Positions 17,437-28,305 of a DNA stretch of 32,000 nt are shown piece after piece. Where the stretch lies: NCBI GenBank assembly GCA_900234795.1, contig LT962688.1:540001-572000 (forward strand). The letters run 5' to 3'. The notes beneath the pieces were generated by a model that worked only from the letters and a program-made list of their open reading frames with translations, made no database searches and had not been told where the DNA came from. The position numbers and the translations under genes were made by a program. Source of the DNA: Methylorubrum extorquens (lineage in GTDB: Bacteria; Pseudomonadota; Alphaproteobacteria; Rhizobiales; Beijerinckiaceae). Position 1 is the stretch's first letter. Each line of letters starts with the position of its first letter.

Positions 17437-17503
17437 CCTTGTGGCCGGGCGCGTGCTAACCCGCGCGCCCCGTCGTCAGCGACGACGCGCCGAGACGAGA
17501 TTC

Positions 17504-17926
17504 ATGCGCTCGATCCTTCCCCTAGCCGGAGCCATCGCCCTCGCCATGACCAGTGCCGCTTCCGCCGCCCAGCCCGTCACGCTGCCCTCGGGCCTCAGCT
17601 ACACCGATGAAGTGGTCGGCACCGGCCCCGAGCCGAAGTCCGGCCAGCAGGTCACCGTCCACTATACCGGCTGGCTCGATGAGGGCGGCGGCAAGCGGGG
17701 CAAGAAGTTCGACTCGTCGCGTGATCGCGGCCAGCCCTTCTCGTTCACCATCGGCGCGGGCCAGGTGATCCGCGGCTGGGACGAGGGCGTCGCCACGATG
17801 AAGGCCGGCGGTCGCCGCATCCTGACGATCCCGCCGGATCTCGGCTACGGCGCCCGCGGCGCCGGCGGCGTGATCCCGCCGAACGCCACGCTGATCTTCG
17901 ACGTCGAGCTGATCGGCTCGCGCTGA
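17504..17926 (+). CDS. FKBP-type peptidyl-prolyl cis-trans isomerase, exported
   Basis: The signal peptide is followed by VTVHYTGWL...[49 protein letters not shown]...[14 protein letters not shown], a canonical FKBP domain. Confidence 0.9.
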   Translation: MRSILPLAGAIALAMTSAASAAQPVTLPSGLSYTDEVVGTGPEPKSGQQVTVHYTGWLDEGGGKRGKKFDSSRDRGQPFSFTIGAGQVIRGWDEGVATMKAGGRRILTIPPDLGYGARGAGGVIPPNATLIFDVELIGSR

Positions 17927-17939
17927 TCGCGAAACCTCT

Positions 17940-17961
17940 CCGGCGCCCCTGCGGGCGCCGG
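17940..17961. terminator. GC hairpin between convergent genes (CCGGCGCCC-ctgc-GGGCGCCGG)
   Basis: Perfect 9-bp stem with a 4-nt loop, between the stop at 17926 (+) and the stop at 17981 (-). Confidence 0.5.
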
Positions 17962-17980
17962 ATCCTCGAGGCGACGGTCT

Positions 17981-18994
17981 TCAGATGAGCTTGTGCTCGC
18001 GCGCCAGCGCCAGCAGATCGCGCTGCGGCCGGGCGCCGATATGCTCGATAACCTCGGCCGCCGCGAGCGCACCGAGACGAGCCGACGACACGTAGTCGAT
18101 GCCGCGGGTGTAGCCCGCGAGGAAGCCCGCCGCGAACAGGTCACCGGCCCCGGTGGTGTCGATCACCTCGCGCACCGGGAAGGCATCCACCGCCCGCACC
18201 TCGCCGCCACGCACCACCAGCGCGCCCTGGGACGAGCGGGTGACGAGGCCGAGCAGGTGCGTGCCCTGCCCGCCGCGCTCCTCGCGCAGGGCCGCGACGG
18301 CGGCGTCCGGATCATCGGTCTGGTAGAGGCTCTGCAACTCGCCGATATTCGCGAACAGAATGTCGATGCTGCCGTTGCGGATCAGCTCGAGGAATTCCTC
18401 ACGGTAGCGGCCGACGCAGAACGCGTCCGACAGGGTCAGCGCCACGGCGTTACCGGCCGAATGGGCGACCTTCACCGCCTTGCGGAACGCGTCCTTGGCG
18501 GCCGGCGGATCCCACAGATAGCCTTCGAGATAGGTGACGCGGGCCGAGCGCACGGTTGCCTCGTCCACGTCGTCCGGGGAGAGGCCCTGGCAGGCGCCGA
18601 GATAGGTGTTCATGGTGCGCTCGCCGTCGGGCGTCACCAGGATGAAGCAGCGGGCGGTGGTCGGCCCTTCAGTCGCCGGCGGTACGTCGAAGCGCACGCC
18701 CGTAGCCTTCAGGTCGTGGCTGAACAGCCGACCGAGTTCGTCCTCGTGCACCTTCCCGACGAAGCCGGTCTTGGCGCCGAGCAAGGCCGCACCGACGGCG
18801 GTGTTGGCGCCCGAGCCGCCGGAGACGACGGTCGCCGGACCCATCACCTCGAAGAGGTTCTCGGCCCGCGGCTCGTCAACGAGCTGCATCGCGCCCTTCG
18901 TGACGCCCTGCTTGACGAGGAAATCCTCCTCGGCATGGGCGATGAGATCGACGATGGCGTTGCCGAGGACGAGGAGGTCGAGGGATTGGGACAT
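17981..18994 (-). CDS. Adenosine kinase / PfkB-family ribokinase-like kinase
   Basis: The ATG at 18994 gives MSQSLDLLVLGNAIVDLI... The ATP-binding motif DTTGAGDLFAAGFLAG lies near the C-terminus. Length 337 aa. The overall pattern matches the adenosine kinases annotated in Rhizobiales/Hyphomicrobiales. Confidence 0.8.
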   Translation of the reverse strand: MSQSLDLLVLGNAIVDLIAHAEEDFLVKQGVTKGAMQLVDEPRAENLFEVMGPATVVSGGSGANTAVGAALLGAKTGFVGKVHEDELGRLFSHDLKATGVRFDVPPATEGPTTARCFILVTPDGERTMNTYLGACQGLSPDDVDEATVRSARVTYLEGYLWDPPAAKDAFRKAVKVAHSAGNAVALTLSDAFCVGRYREEFLELIRNGSIDILFANIGELQSLYQTDDPDAAVAALREERGGQGTHLLGLVTRSSQGALVVRGGEVRAVDAFPVREVIDTTGAGDLFAAGFLAGYTRGIDYVSSARLGALAAAEVIEHIGARPQRDLLALAREHKLI

Positions 18995-19070
18995 CGGGCC
19001 GTCCGGTCTCGCGTGACAGATGGGCCGGGCCTGTCGCACCCCGCTCGGCAAGCGTCAAGCAAGGGCCGTC

Positions 19071-19604
19071 TCAAGGCTCCGCGAACAGGCTCGCCACAGC
19101 GAGCGTGAGGCCGGGCGGATCGAGCGAGAGATCACCCGAGGCGGCGATGCGCGTCTCGATCAGGTCGCCGGTGCTGCGGCGGTGGTGGATCACCGTGCGC
19201 CGCTCAGTATCGAGGATGAGGTAGTGCTGCAGGCTCGGCAGGCGAAAGTAGCCGAGCAGCTTGGCACCGATATCGACCTGTTTCGTGCTCGGGGAAATGA
19301 CTTCGATGACGATGACGGGTTCCGGGACGGTGATCGCATCCGGAGCGAGGCGTTCCCCGCAATAGACGAGGGCATCGGGTTCAAAGGCGGTTTGGGTGTC
19401 GATCGGAACGCAGAGACCGCCGGGCAGCATCTCGCAGGAAAGAGGGATCACGCGAAGCGCTTCGGACAAGGCGATCTGGGCAGCAAACTTCGTTTCGACA
19501 TGCCGAACGCATTGGTACGGCCTCGATACGATCTCACCATCTACGAGTTCGTAGCGCCCAGGCCGTCCTTCGGCCCAGTCGATGAACTCAGTAACGGTCG
19601 TCAC
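19071..19604 (-). CDS. Uma2-family (DUF820) PD-(D/E)XK endonuclease-like protein
   Basis: YELVDGEIV, FEPDALVY, PVIVIEVISPSTKQVDIGAKLLGYFRLPSLQHYLILD match the Uma2 pattern (PD...EVxSPS...K...Y). The GTG at 19604 overlaps the upstream stop (GTGA). An alternative ATG at 19628 would overlap by 28 nt. Confidence 0.75.
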   Translation of the reverse strand: MTTVTEFIDWAEGRPGRYELVDGEIVSRPYQCVRHVETKFAAQIALSEALRVIPLSCEMLPGGLCVPIDTQTAFEPDALVYCGERLAPDAITVPEPVIVIEVISPSTKQVDIGAKLLGYFRLPSLQHYLILDTERRTVIHHRRSTGDLIETRIAASGDLSLDPPGLTLAVASLFAEP

Positions 19605-19921
19605 TGCTGCAACGCCTTCACCTCGCATTGCGCGTAGTCCGAACTCGCCTTGACGTAGGCGTTGAGCTTCTGGACGTAAGCGCCTGCGATCGATTGGAAA
19701 GCCTGGGCCTGGGCGTTGTAGGCCTTGATCGCGTCATTGTAGCTGTAGGCCTCCCAGCCGGGGCAGCCGTCCTTCTTGTCGAGACAGGCGGGTTTTTCCG
19801 GGAGCTTGGGCTTTTCCGGCCGCGCCTCCGCCGGCGGCGGCGTCGGCGGGGTGCAGGGGGCGGCCAGCGCCGGGCCCGCGAGGCCGGCTAGCGCCAGTGC
19901 CGTGATGATGCGTCCTGCCAT
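19601..19921 (-). CDS. Small exported Cys-containing protein (106 aa), no family recognised
   Basis: The signal peptide is MAGRIITALALAGLAGPALA|AP. A Pro/Lys-rich linker follows, then a helical segment (YNDAIKAYNAQAQAFQSIAGAYVQKLNAYVKASSDY). There are 4 Cys. Its stop overlaps the start of the Uma2 gene. Confidence 0.5.
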   Translation of the reverse strand: MAGRIITALALAGLAGPALAAPCTPPTPPPAEARPEKPKLPEKPACLDKKDGCPGWEAYSYNDAIKAYNAQAQAFQSIAGAYVQKLNAYVKASSDYAQCEVKALQQ

Positions 19922-19999
19922 GATCCGTCCCCGAGCCGTCGTTTCCAGGGTTGTGACGGTCGAGTTGTGGCGGGAATGGGGTCTTGGAAACCGCGAGCG

Positions 20000-20028
20000 T
20001 TATCGCACCGGCGTGCGAGATGCGATAA
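20000..20028 (+). promoter_or_regulatory. Perfect 8-bp inverted repeat TTATCGCA-n13-TGCGATAA, 10 nt upstream of the ligA ATG
   Basis: Read directly from the sequence. It is relatively AT-rich for this genome. Whether it acts as an operator or a leader hairpin is unknown. Confidence 0.3.
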
Positions 20029-22488
<2,460 letters not shown>

Positions 22489-22540
22489 AGTTTCCCCCGA
22501 GCCTTGACCCCGCGCCCCCCGCGGCGCAATCCGTGCCCCG

Positions 22541-22945
<405 letters not shown>

Positions 22946-23092
22946 ACCCGATCCGGCCGACGCGTGCGGTCCCGCGTCCGTCGGGGCAAGTGCTTCCCGA
23001 GTTTCGCGAATTCCGCCACAGCGCATCCAGCGCCAGCGGCGAGAGAGTTGCCATCGCGCCGCTTGGTAAACCTCAAGAAAACATCCCGTTCA

Positions 23093-23108
23093 TTGACGCT
23101 CGGTTAAC
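23093..23108 (+). promoter_or_regulatory. CtrA-box-like motif TTGA-n7-TTAAC in the dcw leader (one mismatch to TTAA-n7-TTAAC)
   Basis: Read directly from the sequence, about 285 nt upstream of rsmH. TTAAC is rare in this GC-rich DNA. Assignment to CtrA is pure inference from the alphaproteobacterial consensus. Confidence 0.2.
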
Positions 23109-23392
23109 CTTGATGCGGTCAGATCAGAGCTGCCTGCATGGTCAAGCTCGTTGACGCGTTTCGAGGGCCCATGTTACCCCGCGCCATCCCGTTGACGCCC
23201 TGTTCTGGATCGGCCAACACTCGCCCAGGTTGCCTCGCGGGACTGCGCGCGCATGGCCGGAGCCACTCGCGGATCGGCGTCGCCACTTCTCGGGCCGCCC
23301 TGCGGTCCGTCCATTCAGCAGGCTCCCATGATGCATCCCCCGCCGGGTGGCGCCCGAGCTCTCTACGGATTCCGCGAGAGCACCGTGGGGCG

Positions 23393-24454
23393 ATGCCGAT
23401 GAGCCGGGCGCCGCGCACGGCCAGAGCCGAGCTGCCGAAGGGCGAGCAGGCTCGCCACGTTCCCGTCCTGCTCGCCGAGGTTCTCGCCGCGCTCTCCCTC
23501 GACCGGCCGGGCCTGGCCGTGGACGGCACCTTCGGAGCGGGCGGCTACACCCGCGCGCTGCTCGAGGCCGGGCCGGAGGTGCGCGTGATCGCCATCGACC
23601 GCGATCCCACCGCGATCCGGGGCGGAGCGGACCTCGTGAAGGCCTCCGGGGGCCGCCTGCGGCTGGTCCAGGGCCGCTTCGGCGATCTCGACACGCTCAT
23701 CGCCGATCAGGACGAGGCGCAGGCCGATTGGGTCGTGCTCGATATCGGCGTGTCCTCGATGCAGATCGACGAGGCGCAGCGCGGCTTCTCGTTCCGGCAG
23801 GACGGACCGCTCGACATGCGCATGGGCGGGGAGGGCCCCTCGGCGGCCGACCTCGTGAACGGCGAGGAGGAGACCACGCTCGCCGACATCCTCTACCATT
23901 TCGGCGAGGAGCGCCGCTCGCGGGCGGTGGCGCGCGCCATCGTCGAGGCGCGGCGCCGCGGCCCGATCGAGACCACGGCGCAGCTCGCCGACCTCGTGGC
24001 CGGCGTGGTGCGGCCCGAGCCCGGCAGCCCGATCCATCCGGCGACCCGCAGCTTCCAGGGCCTGCGGATCGCGGTGAACGACGAACTCGGCGAATTGGTG
24101 CGCGGCCTGCACGCCGCCGAGCGGGTGCTCAAGCCCGGCGGCCGGCTCGCGGTGGTGACGTTCCATTCGCTGGAAGACCGCATCGTCAAGCAGTTCTTCT
24201 CCGCCCGCAGCGGTCGGGCGGCGCAGGCCTCCCGACACGTCCCGGGTGTCGAGCGGCCGGCACCCAAGAGCTTCAAGCTGGTGACCAAGGGTCCGGTGCT
24301 GCCCTCCGAGGCGGAGACGGACGTGAACCCGCGGTCGCGTTCGGCCAAGCTGCGCGCCGGCGAGCGGACCGACGCGCCCGCGCCGCCGCCGCTGAGCGCC
24401 ATCGAAACGCTGGCGAGCCTGCCGGCTCCACAGGGACGGGGGCCACGGCGGTGA
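23393..24454 (+). CDS. rsmH: 16S rRNA (cytosine1402-N4)-methyltransferase
   Basis: [47 protein letters not shown] and [11 protein letters not shown] are RsmH/MraW signatures. The start is the ATG at 23393 or 23399; the track ORF extends 85 codons further upstream without similarity. Confidence 0.9.
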   Translation: MPMSRAPRTARAELPKGEQARHVPVLLAEVLAALSLDRPGLAVDGTFGAGGYTRALLEAGPEVRVIAIDRDPTAIRGGADLVKASGGRLRLVQGRFGDLDTLIADQDEAQADWVVLDIGVSSMQIDEAQRGFSFRQDGPLDMRMGGEGPSAADLVNGEEETTLADILYHFGEERRSRAVARAIVEARRRGPIETTAQLADLVAGVVRPEPGSPIHPATRSFQGLRIAVNDELGELVRGLHAAERVLKPGGRLAVVTFHSLEDRIVKQFFSARSGRAAQASRHVPGVERPAPKSFKLVTKGPVLPSEAETDVNPRSRSAKLRAGERTDAPAPPPLSAIETLASLPAPQGRGPRR

Positions 24455-24882
24455 TCCGGCTTCTCAACGTGCTGGCGATCGTCGGGCTGATCTGCTCGGC
24501 GGTCTACGCCTACTCGATCAAGTACGACACGCTCTATCAGGCGGGTCAGGTCTCCAAGCTGAAGACCGGCCTGCACAAGGAGCGGCAGGCCATCGCGGTG
24601 CTGCGCGCCGAGTGGCAGCTCCTGACCCGCCCGGACCGGCTCCAGGCGGCGGTCGAGCGGCATCTCACCCTCGAGCCGATCGGCAACGGGCATCTCGCCC
24701 GGCTCTCCGATCTGCCGAACCGGCCCGACCGCGGCGACGAGATCGGCCGCCTGCTCGCCTCCACGGCGACCCCGACCGTGACGCCGACGGACAAGCCGGG
24801 AAGCGCCCGCGACGAGCCGCGCACCACCGGCTCCGTCACCACCCGCACCGTCTCCACCCGCCCGCCCGCGGTTTCGAGGTAG
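24451..24882 (+). CDS. ftsL: FtsL-like cell-division protein (single-pass membrane protein)
   Basis: The GTG at 24451 overlaps the rsmH stop (GTGA). (M)[26 protein letters not shown] is followed by a coiled-coil-like segment and a Thr/Pro-rich tail. Its position between rsmH and ftsI is conserved in alphaproteobacteria. Confidence 0.6.
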   Translation: MIRLLNVLAIVGLICSAVYAYSIKYDTLYQAGQVSKLKTGLHKERQAIAVLRAEWQLLTRPDRLQAAVERHLTLEPIGNGHLARLSDLPNRPDRGDEIGRLLASTATPTVTPTDKPGSARDEPRTTGSVTTRTVSTRPPAVSR

Positions 24883-24889
24883 CGTCCCC

Positions 24890-26767
24890 GTGTCCCACGA
24901 TCCTTCCCAGGAAGATCCGTTGCAGGAAGGTCCGTCACTGGGCCTGCAGCACGAGCAGCCGGACGCGCTCGCGGCCGACGCCGCCGTGCCGGAGCCGGGC
25001 GCGGACCGGGTGGTGCGGAGCGAGCCGCCGGTCTCGGCGCTGACCCGACTCACCCGGATCATGTTCCGTCTCGCCATCGAGCGCTCGCATGCCCGCGTGG
25101 CGCTGGTCGGCCTCGCCTTCACGGCGGTGTTCGTCACCATCAGCGTGCGGCTGATCGTGATGGCGGCGACGCCTGCGAGCAACAGCGACGAGCACCGGGT
25201 GGCGGCCGCCGCCACGACCGCGATCCGCCCGGACATCATCGACCGCAACGGCGAGATCCTGGCCACCGACATCCGCACCGTCTCGGTCTTCGCCGAACCG
25301 AAGCGGATGGTGCGCACCTTCGACACCGATGAGGCGGTCGAACTGCTGACCGCGGTGCTGCCCGAGCTGAACGCGGCGGAGCTGCGCGCCAAGCTGTCCT
25401 CGAAGAAGGGCTTCGTCTGGATCAAGCGCGAGATCACGCCGAAGCAGCAGCTCGAAGTCCACCGCCTCGGCATCCCCGGCGTCGGCTTCCTGCCCGATCA
25501 CAAGCGCGTCTACCCCAACGGGGTCGCGGCCGCGCACGTCATCGGCGCGACGAACCTCGACAATATCGGCATCGCCGGCATCGAGAAGTACATCGACAAC
25601 CGCGGCAACAAGGCGCTCAACGAATTCGGCCTCGTGGCCAAACAGACCGACCTCTCGCCGATCCAGCTCTCCCTCGACCTGCGCGCCCAGTTCGCCCTGC
25701 GCGACGAGCTCGTGAAGGGCGTGGAGAAGTTCAAGGCCAAGGCCGGCGCCTCGATGATCCTCGACGTGACCACCGGCGAGGTCGTCGCGCTCGCCTCCTA
25801 TCCGGATTTCGACCCGAACGAGCCGAAGGACGCGCTCTCGGACGACCGCATCAACCGGATGAATGTCGGCGTCTACGAGATGGGCTCGACCTTCAAGGCG
25901 ATGACGCTCGCCATGGCGCTCGATTCCGGCAAGTACAACGTCAACTCCACCTTCGACACCCGCGGCGGCGTGCTGCACTGGGGCCGGCAGAAGATCCACG
26001 ACTACCACGCCACGGGGCGCGTGCTGACGATGCCGGAGGTGTTCACCCACTCCTCCAACATCGGCTCGGCCAAGATGGCGCTCGGCGTCGGCGTGCCCGG
26101 CCACCGCGCCTTCCTCAAGAAGATGGGCCTGCTCGACCGGATGCGGACCGAGCTGCCGGAATCGGCCTCGCCGATCCTTCCGCCGCGCTGGGCCGAGATC
26201 AACACCATCACCATCGCCTTCGGCCACGGCATCGCGGTGGCGCCGATCCAGGCGGCGGCGGCGGTGGCGGCGATCATCAACGGCGGCGATCTGATGACGC
26301 CGACCTTCCTGAAGACCGACGAGCCCACCGCGCGGGGCAAGGCCAGCCACGTGATGAAGCCGGAGGCCAGCGAGGCGATGCGCTTCATCATGCGCCTCAA
26401 CGCCGTCGAGGGCTCGGCCAAGAAGGCGTCGATCCCGCTCTACTACGTCGGCGGCAAGACCGGCACGGCCGAGAAGGTCATCAACGGGCGCTACGCCAAG
26501 AACCGCCTGTTCACGACCTTCATGGCGGCCGCTCCCATGGACAAGCCGAAATACCTGTTCCTGACGATCATGGACGAGCCGCAGGGCCTGCCCGAAACCG
26601 GCGGCTACGCCACGGCCGCCTACAATTCCGGCACGGTGACGGGCAAGATCATCGAGCGGGCCGCGCCGATCCTCGGGCTGGCACCGCGCTTCGATCCGCC
26701 GGTGAAGCCGTTCCCGCTGATGGTGAAGCTCGGCGCCTACCATGCGACCATGGTGGACGGGCAGTGA
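24890..26767 (+). CDS. ftsI: Peptidoglycan D,D-transpeptidase FtsI (PBP3)
   Basis: Contains the TM anchor VALVGLAFTAVFVTISVRLIV and the transpeptidase motifs GSTFK, SSN (THSSNIG) and KTGT (GGKTGTAEK). The GTG start at 24890 is uncertain; a shorter N-terminus is possible. Confidence 0.9.
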   Translation: MSHDPSQEDPLQEGPSLGLQHEQPDALAADAAVPEPGADRVVRSEPPVSALTRLTRIMFRLAIERSHARVALVGLAFTAVFVTISVRLIVMAATPASNSDEHRVAAAATTAIRPDIIDRNGEILATDIRTVSVFAEPKRMVRTFDTDEAVELLTAVLPELNAAELRAKLSSKKGFVWIKREITPKQQLEVHRLGIPGVGFLPDHKRVYPNGVAAAHVIGATNLDNIGIAGIEKYIDNRGNKALNEFGLVAKQTDLSPIQLSLDLRAQFALRDELVKGVEKFKAKAGASMILDVTTGEVVALASYPDFDPNEPKDALSDDRINRMNVGVYEMGSTFKAMTLAMALDSGKYNVNSTFDTRGGVLHWGRQKIHDYHATGRVLTMPEVFTHSSNIGSAKMALGVGVPGHRAFLKKMGLLDRMRTELPESASPILPPRWAEINTITIAFGHGIAVAPIQAAAAVAAIINGGDLMTPTFLKTDEPTARGKASHVMKPEASEAMRFIMRLNAVEGSAKKASIPLYYVGGKTGTAEKVINGRYAKNRLFTTFMAAAPMDKPKYLFLTIMDEPQGLPETGGYATAAYNSGTVTGKIIERAAPILGLAPRFDPPVKPFPLMVKLGAYHATMVDGQ

Positions 26768-26826
26768 CGGCAGCCTGTACCCCGTCGGCCTGACCCGCAT
26801 GGACGCTTCCGAGGATTGTTTTGCCG

Positions 26827-28305
26827 ATGAGCCAGCCGACGCCTGACGACCGGACTCTCGGCGCCCTGTTCCCGGAAGCCGACGCGGCCATCGCCGGCCG
26901 CCCCGTTGCCGGGCTGACCGCCGACAGCCGTAAGGTCGTGCCCGGCGGCGTGTTCGTCGCGGTACCCGGCACCGCCGCCGATGGCCGGCTTTTCGCCGCT
27001 GCCGCGGCAGCGGCCGGCGCGGTCGCCGTGGCCGGTGAGGGGACGCGCCCAGCAGATCTGCCCGAGGCGACGGCCTGGATCGAGGTCGCGGATGCACGCC
27101 GGGCGCTGGCGCTCGCCGCCGCCGCCCTCTCCGGGCGCCAGCCGGAGACGGTGGTCGCGGTCACTGGCACCAGCGGCAAAAGCTCGGTCGCCGATTTCGT
27201 GCGGCAGATCCTGTCGCGCCTCGGCCGGGACTCGGCGAGCCTCGGCACCGTCGGCATCGTCACCAACCGGGGCGCGCAATACGGCTCGCTGACGACCCCG
27301 GACCCCGTCACGCTGCACGAGACCCTGGCGCGGCTGGCGGACGAGGGCATCACCGATCTGGCCATGGAGGCCTCCTCCCACGGCATCGAGCAGCGCCGCC
27401 TCGACGGGGTGGAACTGACGGCCGCCGCCTTCACCAATCTCGGCCGCGACCACCTCGATTATCACCCCACGATCGAGGACTATCTGGACGCCAAGCTCCG
27501 CCTGTTCACGACGCTGCTGCCGAGGGGCTGTCCAACCATCGTCAACGCGGACGGCGCCTATGCCGAGCGCGTCATCGGCGTGGCCGACGCCGCCGGCCAC
27601 GCTATCCGCACCACGGGGCGCGGCGGCGACTTCATCCGCCTCGTCGAGGCCGGGACGGAGGGTTTCGCGCAGAGCCTGACGCTCGCCCACGCAGGCAAGG
27701 ACTATCACGTGCGCCTGCCGCTGGTCGGCGGCTTCCAGGTCGAGAACGCCCTGGTCGCGGCGGGCCTCGCTCTGGCGACGCCCGCAGGTCAAGCCGATCC
27801 GGCCGGCGTCTTCGCCGCGCTTGAAGGGCTCACCGGCGTGCCGGGCCGCATGGAGCGGATCGGTGAAGCGAACGGGGGCTTGTGCCTCGTCGATTACGCC
27901 CACAAGCCGGAAGCCCTGGAGCATGTCTTGAGCGCGCTCCGCCCCTTCGCCAGCGGGCGCCTCGTCGTCGTGTTCGGCTGCGGCGGCAACCGCGACGCCG
28001 GCAAGCGGCCGATCATGGGCGCGATCGCCGAACGCCTCGCCGACCGGGTCATCGTCACCGACGACAACCCCCGCAACGAGGAGCCCGCCGCGATCCGCGC
28101 CGCGATCCTCGCCGCGGCACCGGGCGCGGAGGAGATCGGCGACCGGGCCGAAGCAATCCGCACGGGCGTACGGGACCTGAGAGCCGGCGACGTGCTGGTG
28201 GTGGCCGGCAAAGGACATGAAACCGGCCAGATCGTCGGGCCACGCGTGCTCCCGTTCTCGGATCACGACACCCTGCGCGCCGCGATCGCGGAGTTGAACG
28301 GATGA
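26827..28305 (+). CDS. murE: UDP-N-acetylmuramoyl-L-alanyl-D-glutamate--2,6-diaminopimelate ligase
   Basis: Contains the VTGTSGKSSV P-loop, the DNPRNEEP motif specific for DAP-adding MurE, and GKGHE. I chose the ATG at 26827; the track TTG at 26821 is also possible. Confidence 0.9.
   Translation: MSQPTPDDRTLGALFPEADAAIAGRPVAGLTADSRKVVPGGVFVAVPGTAADGRLFAAAAAAAGAVAVAGEGTRPADLPEATAWIEVADARRALALAAAALSGRQPETVVAVTGTSGKSSVADFVRQILSRLGRDSASLGTVGIVTNRGAQYGSLTTPDPVTLHETLARLADEGITDLAMEASSHGIEQRRLDGVELTAAAFTNLGRDHLDYHPTIEDYLDAKLRLFTTLLPRGCPTIVNADGAYAERVIGVADAAGHAIRTTGRGGDFIRLVEAGTEGFAQSLTLAHAGKDYHVRLPLVGGFQVENALVAAGLALATPAGQADPAGVFAALEGLTGVPGRMERIGEANGGLCLVDYAHKPEALEHVLSALRPFASGRLVVVFGCGGNRDAGKRPIMGAIAERLADRVIVTDDNPRNEEPAAIRAAILAAAPGAEEIGDRAEAIRTGVRDLRAGDVLVVAGKGHETGQIVGPRVLPFSDHDTLRAAIAELNG

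Noticed and set aside
23138-23392. 85-codon N-terminal extension of rsmH, and the possibility of a hidden or degraded mraZ in 22946-23392
   Set aside because: No plus-strand frame shows MraZ-like sequence: there is no DAKGR-type SpoVT/AbrB repeat signature. The extension has no RsmH similarity, and the conserved RsmH N-terminus (HVPVLL) follows the ATG at 23393/23399 at the normal distance.
24935-27097. 720-aa minus-strand ORF opposite ftsI/murE, plus similar ORFs at 26737..28266 and 30273..31922 (all minus strand)
   Set aside because: They are antisense to strongly conserved dcw genes. Composition is typical of GC-rich shadow ORFs (Arg/Gly/Ala/Pro/Asp) and no recognisable domains are present.
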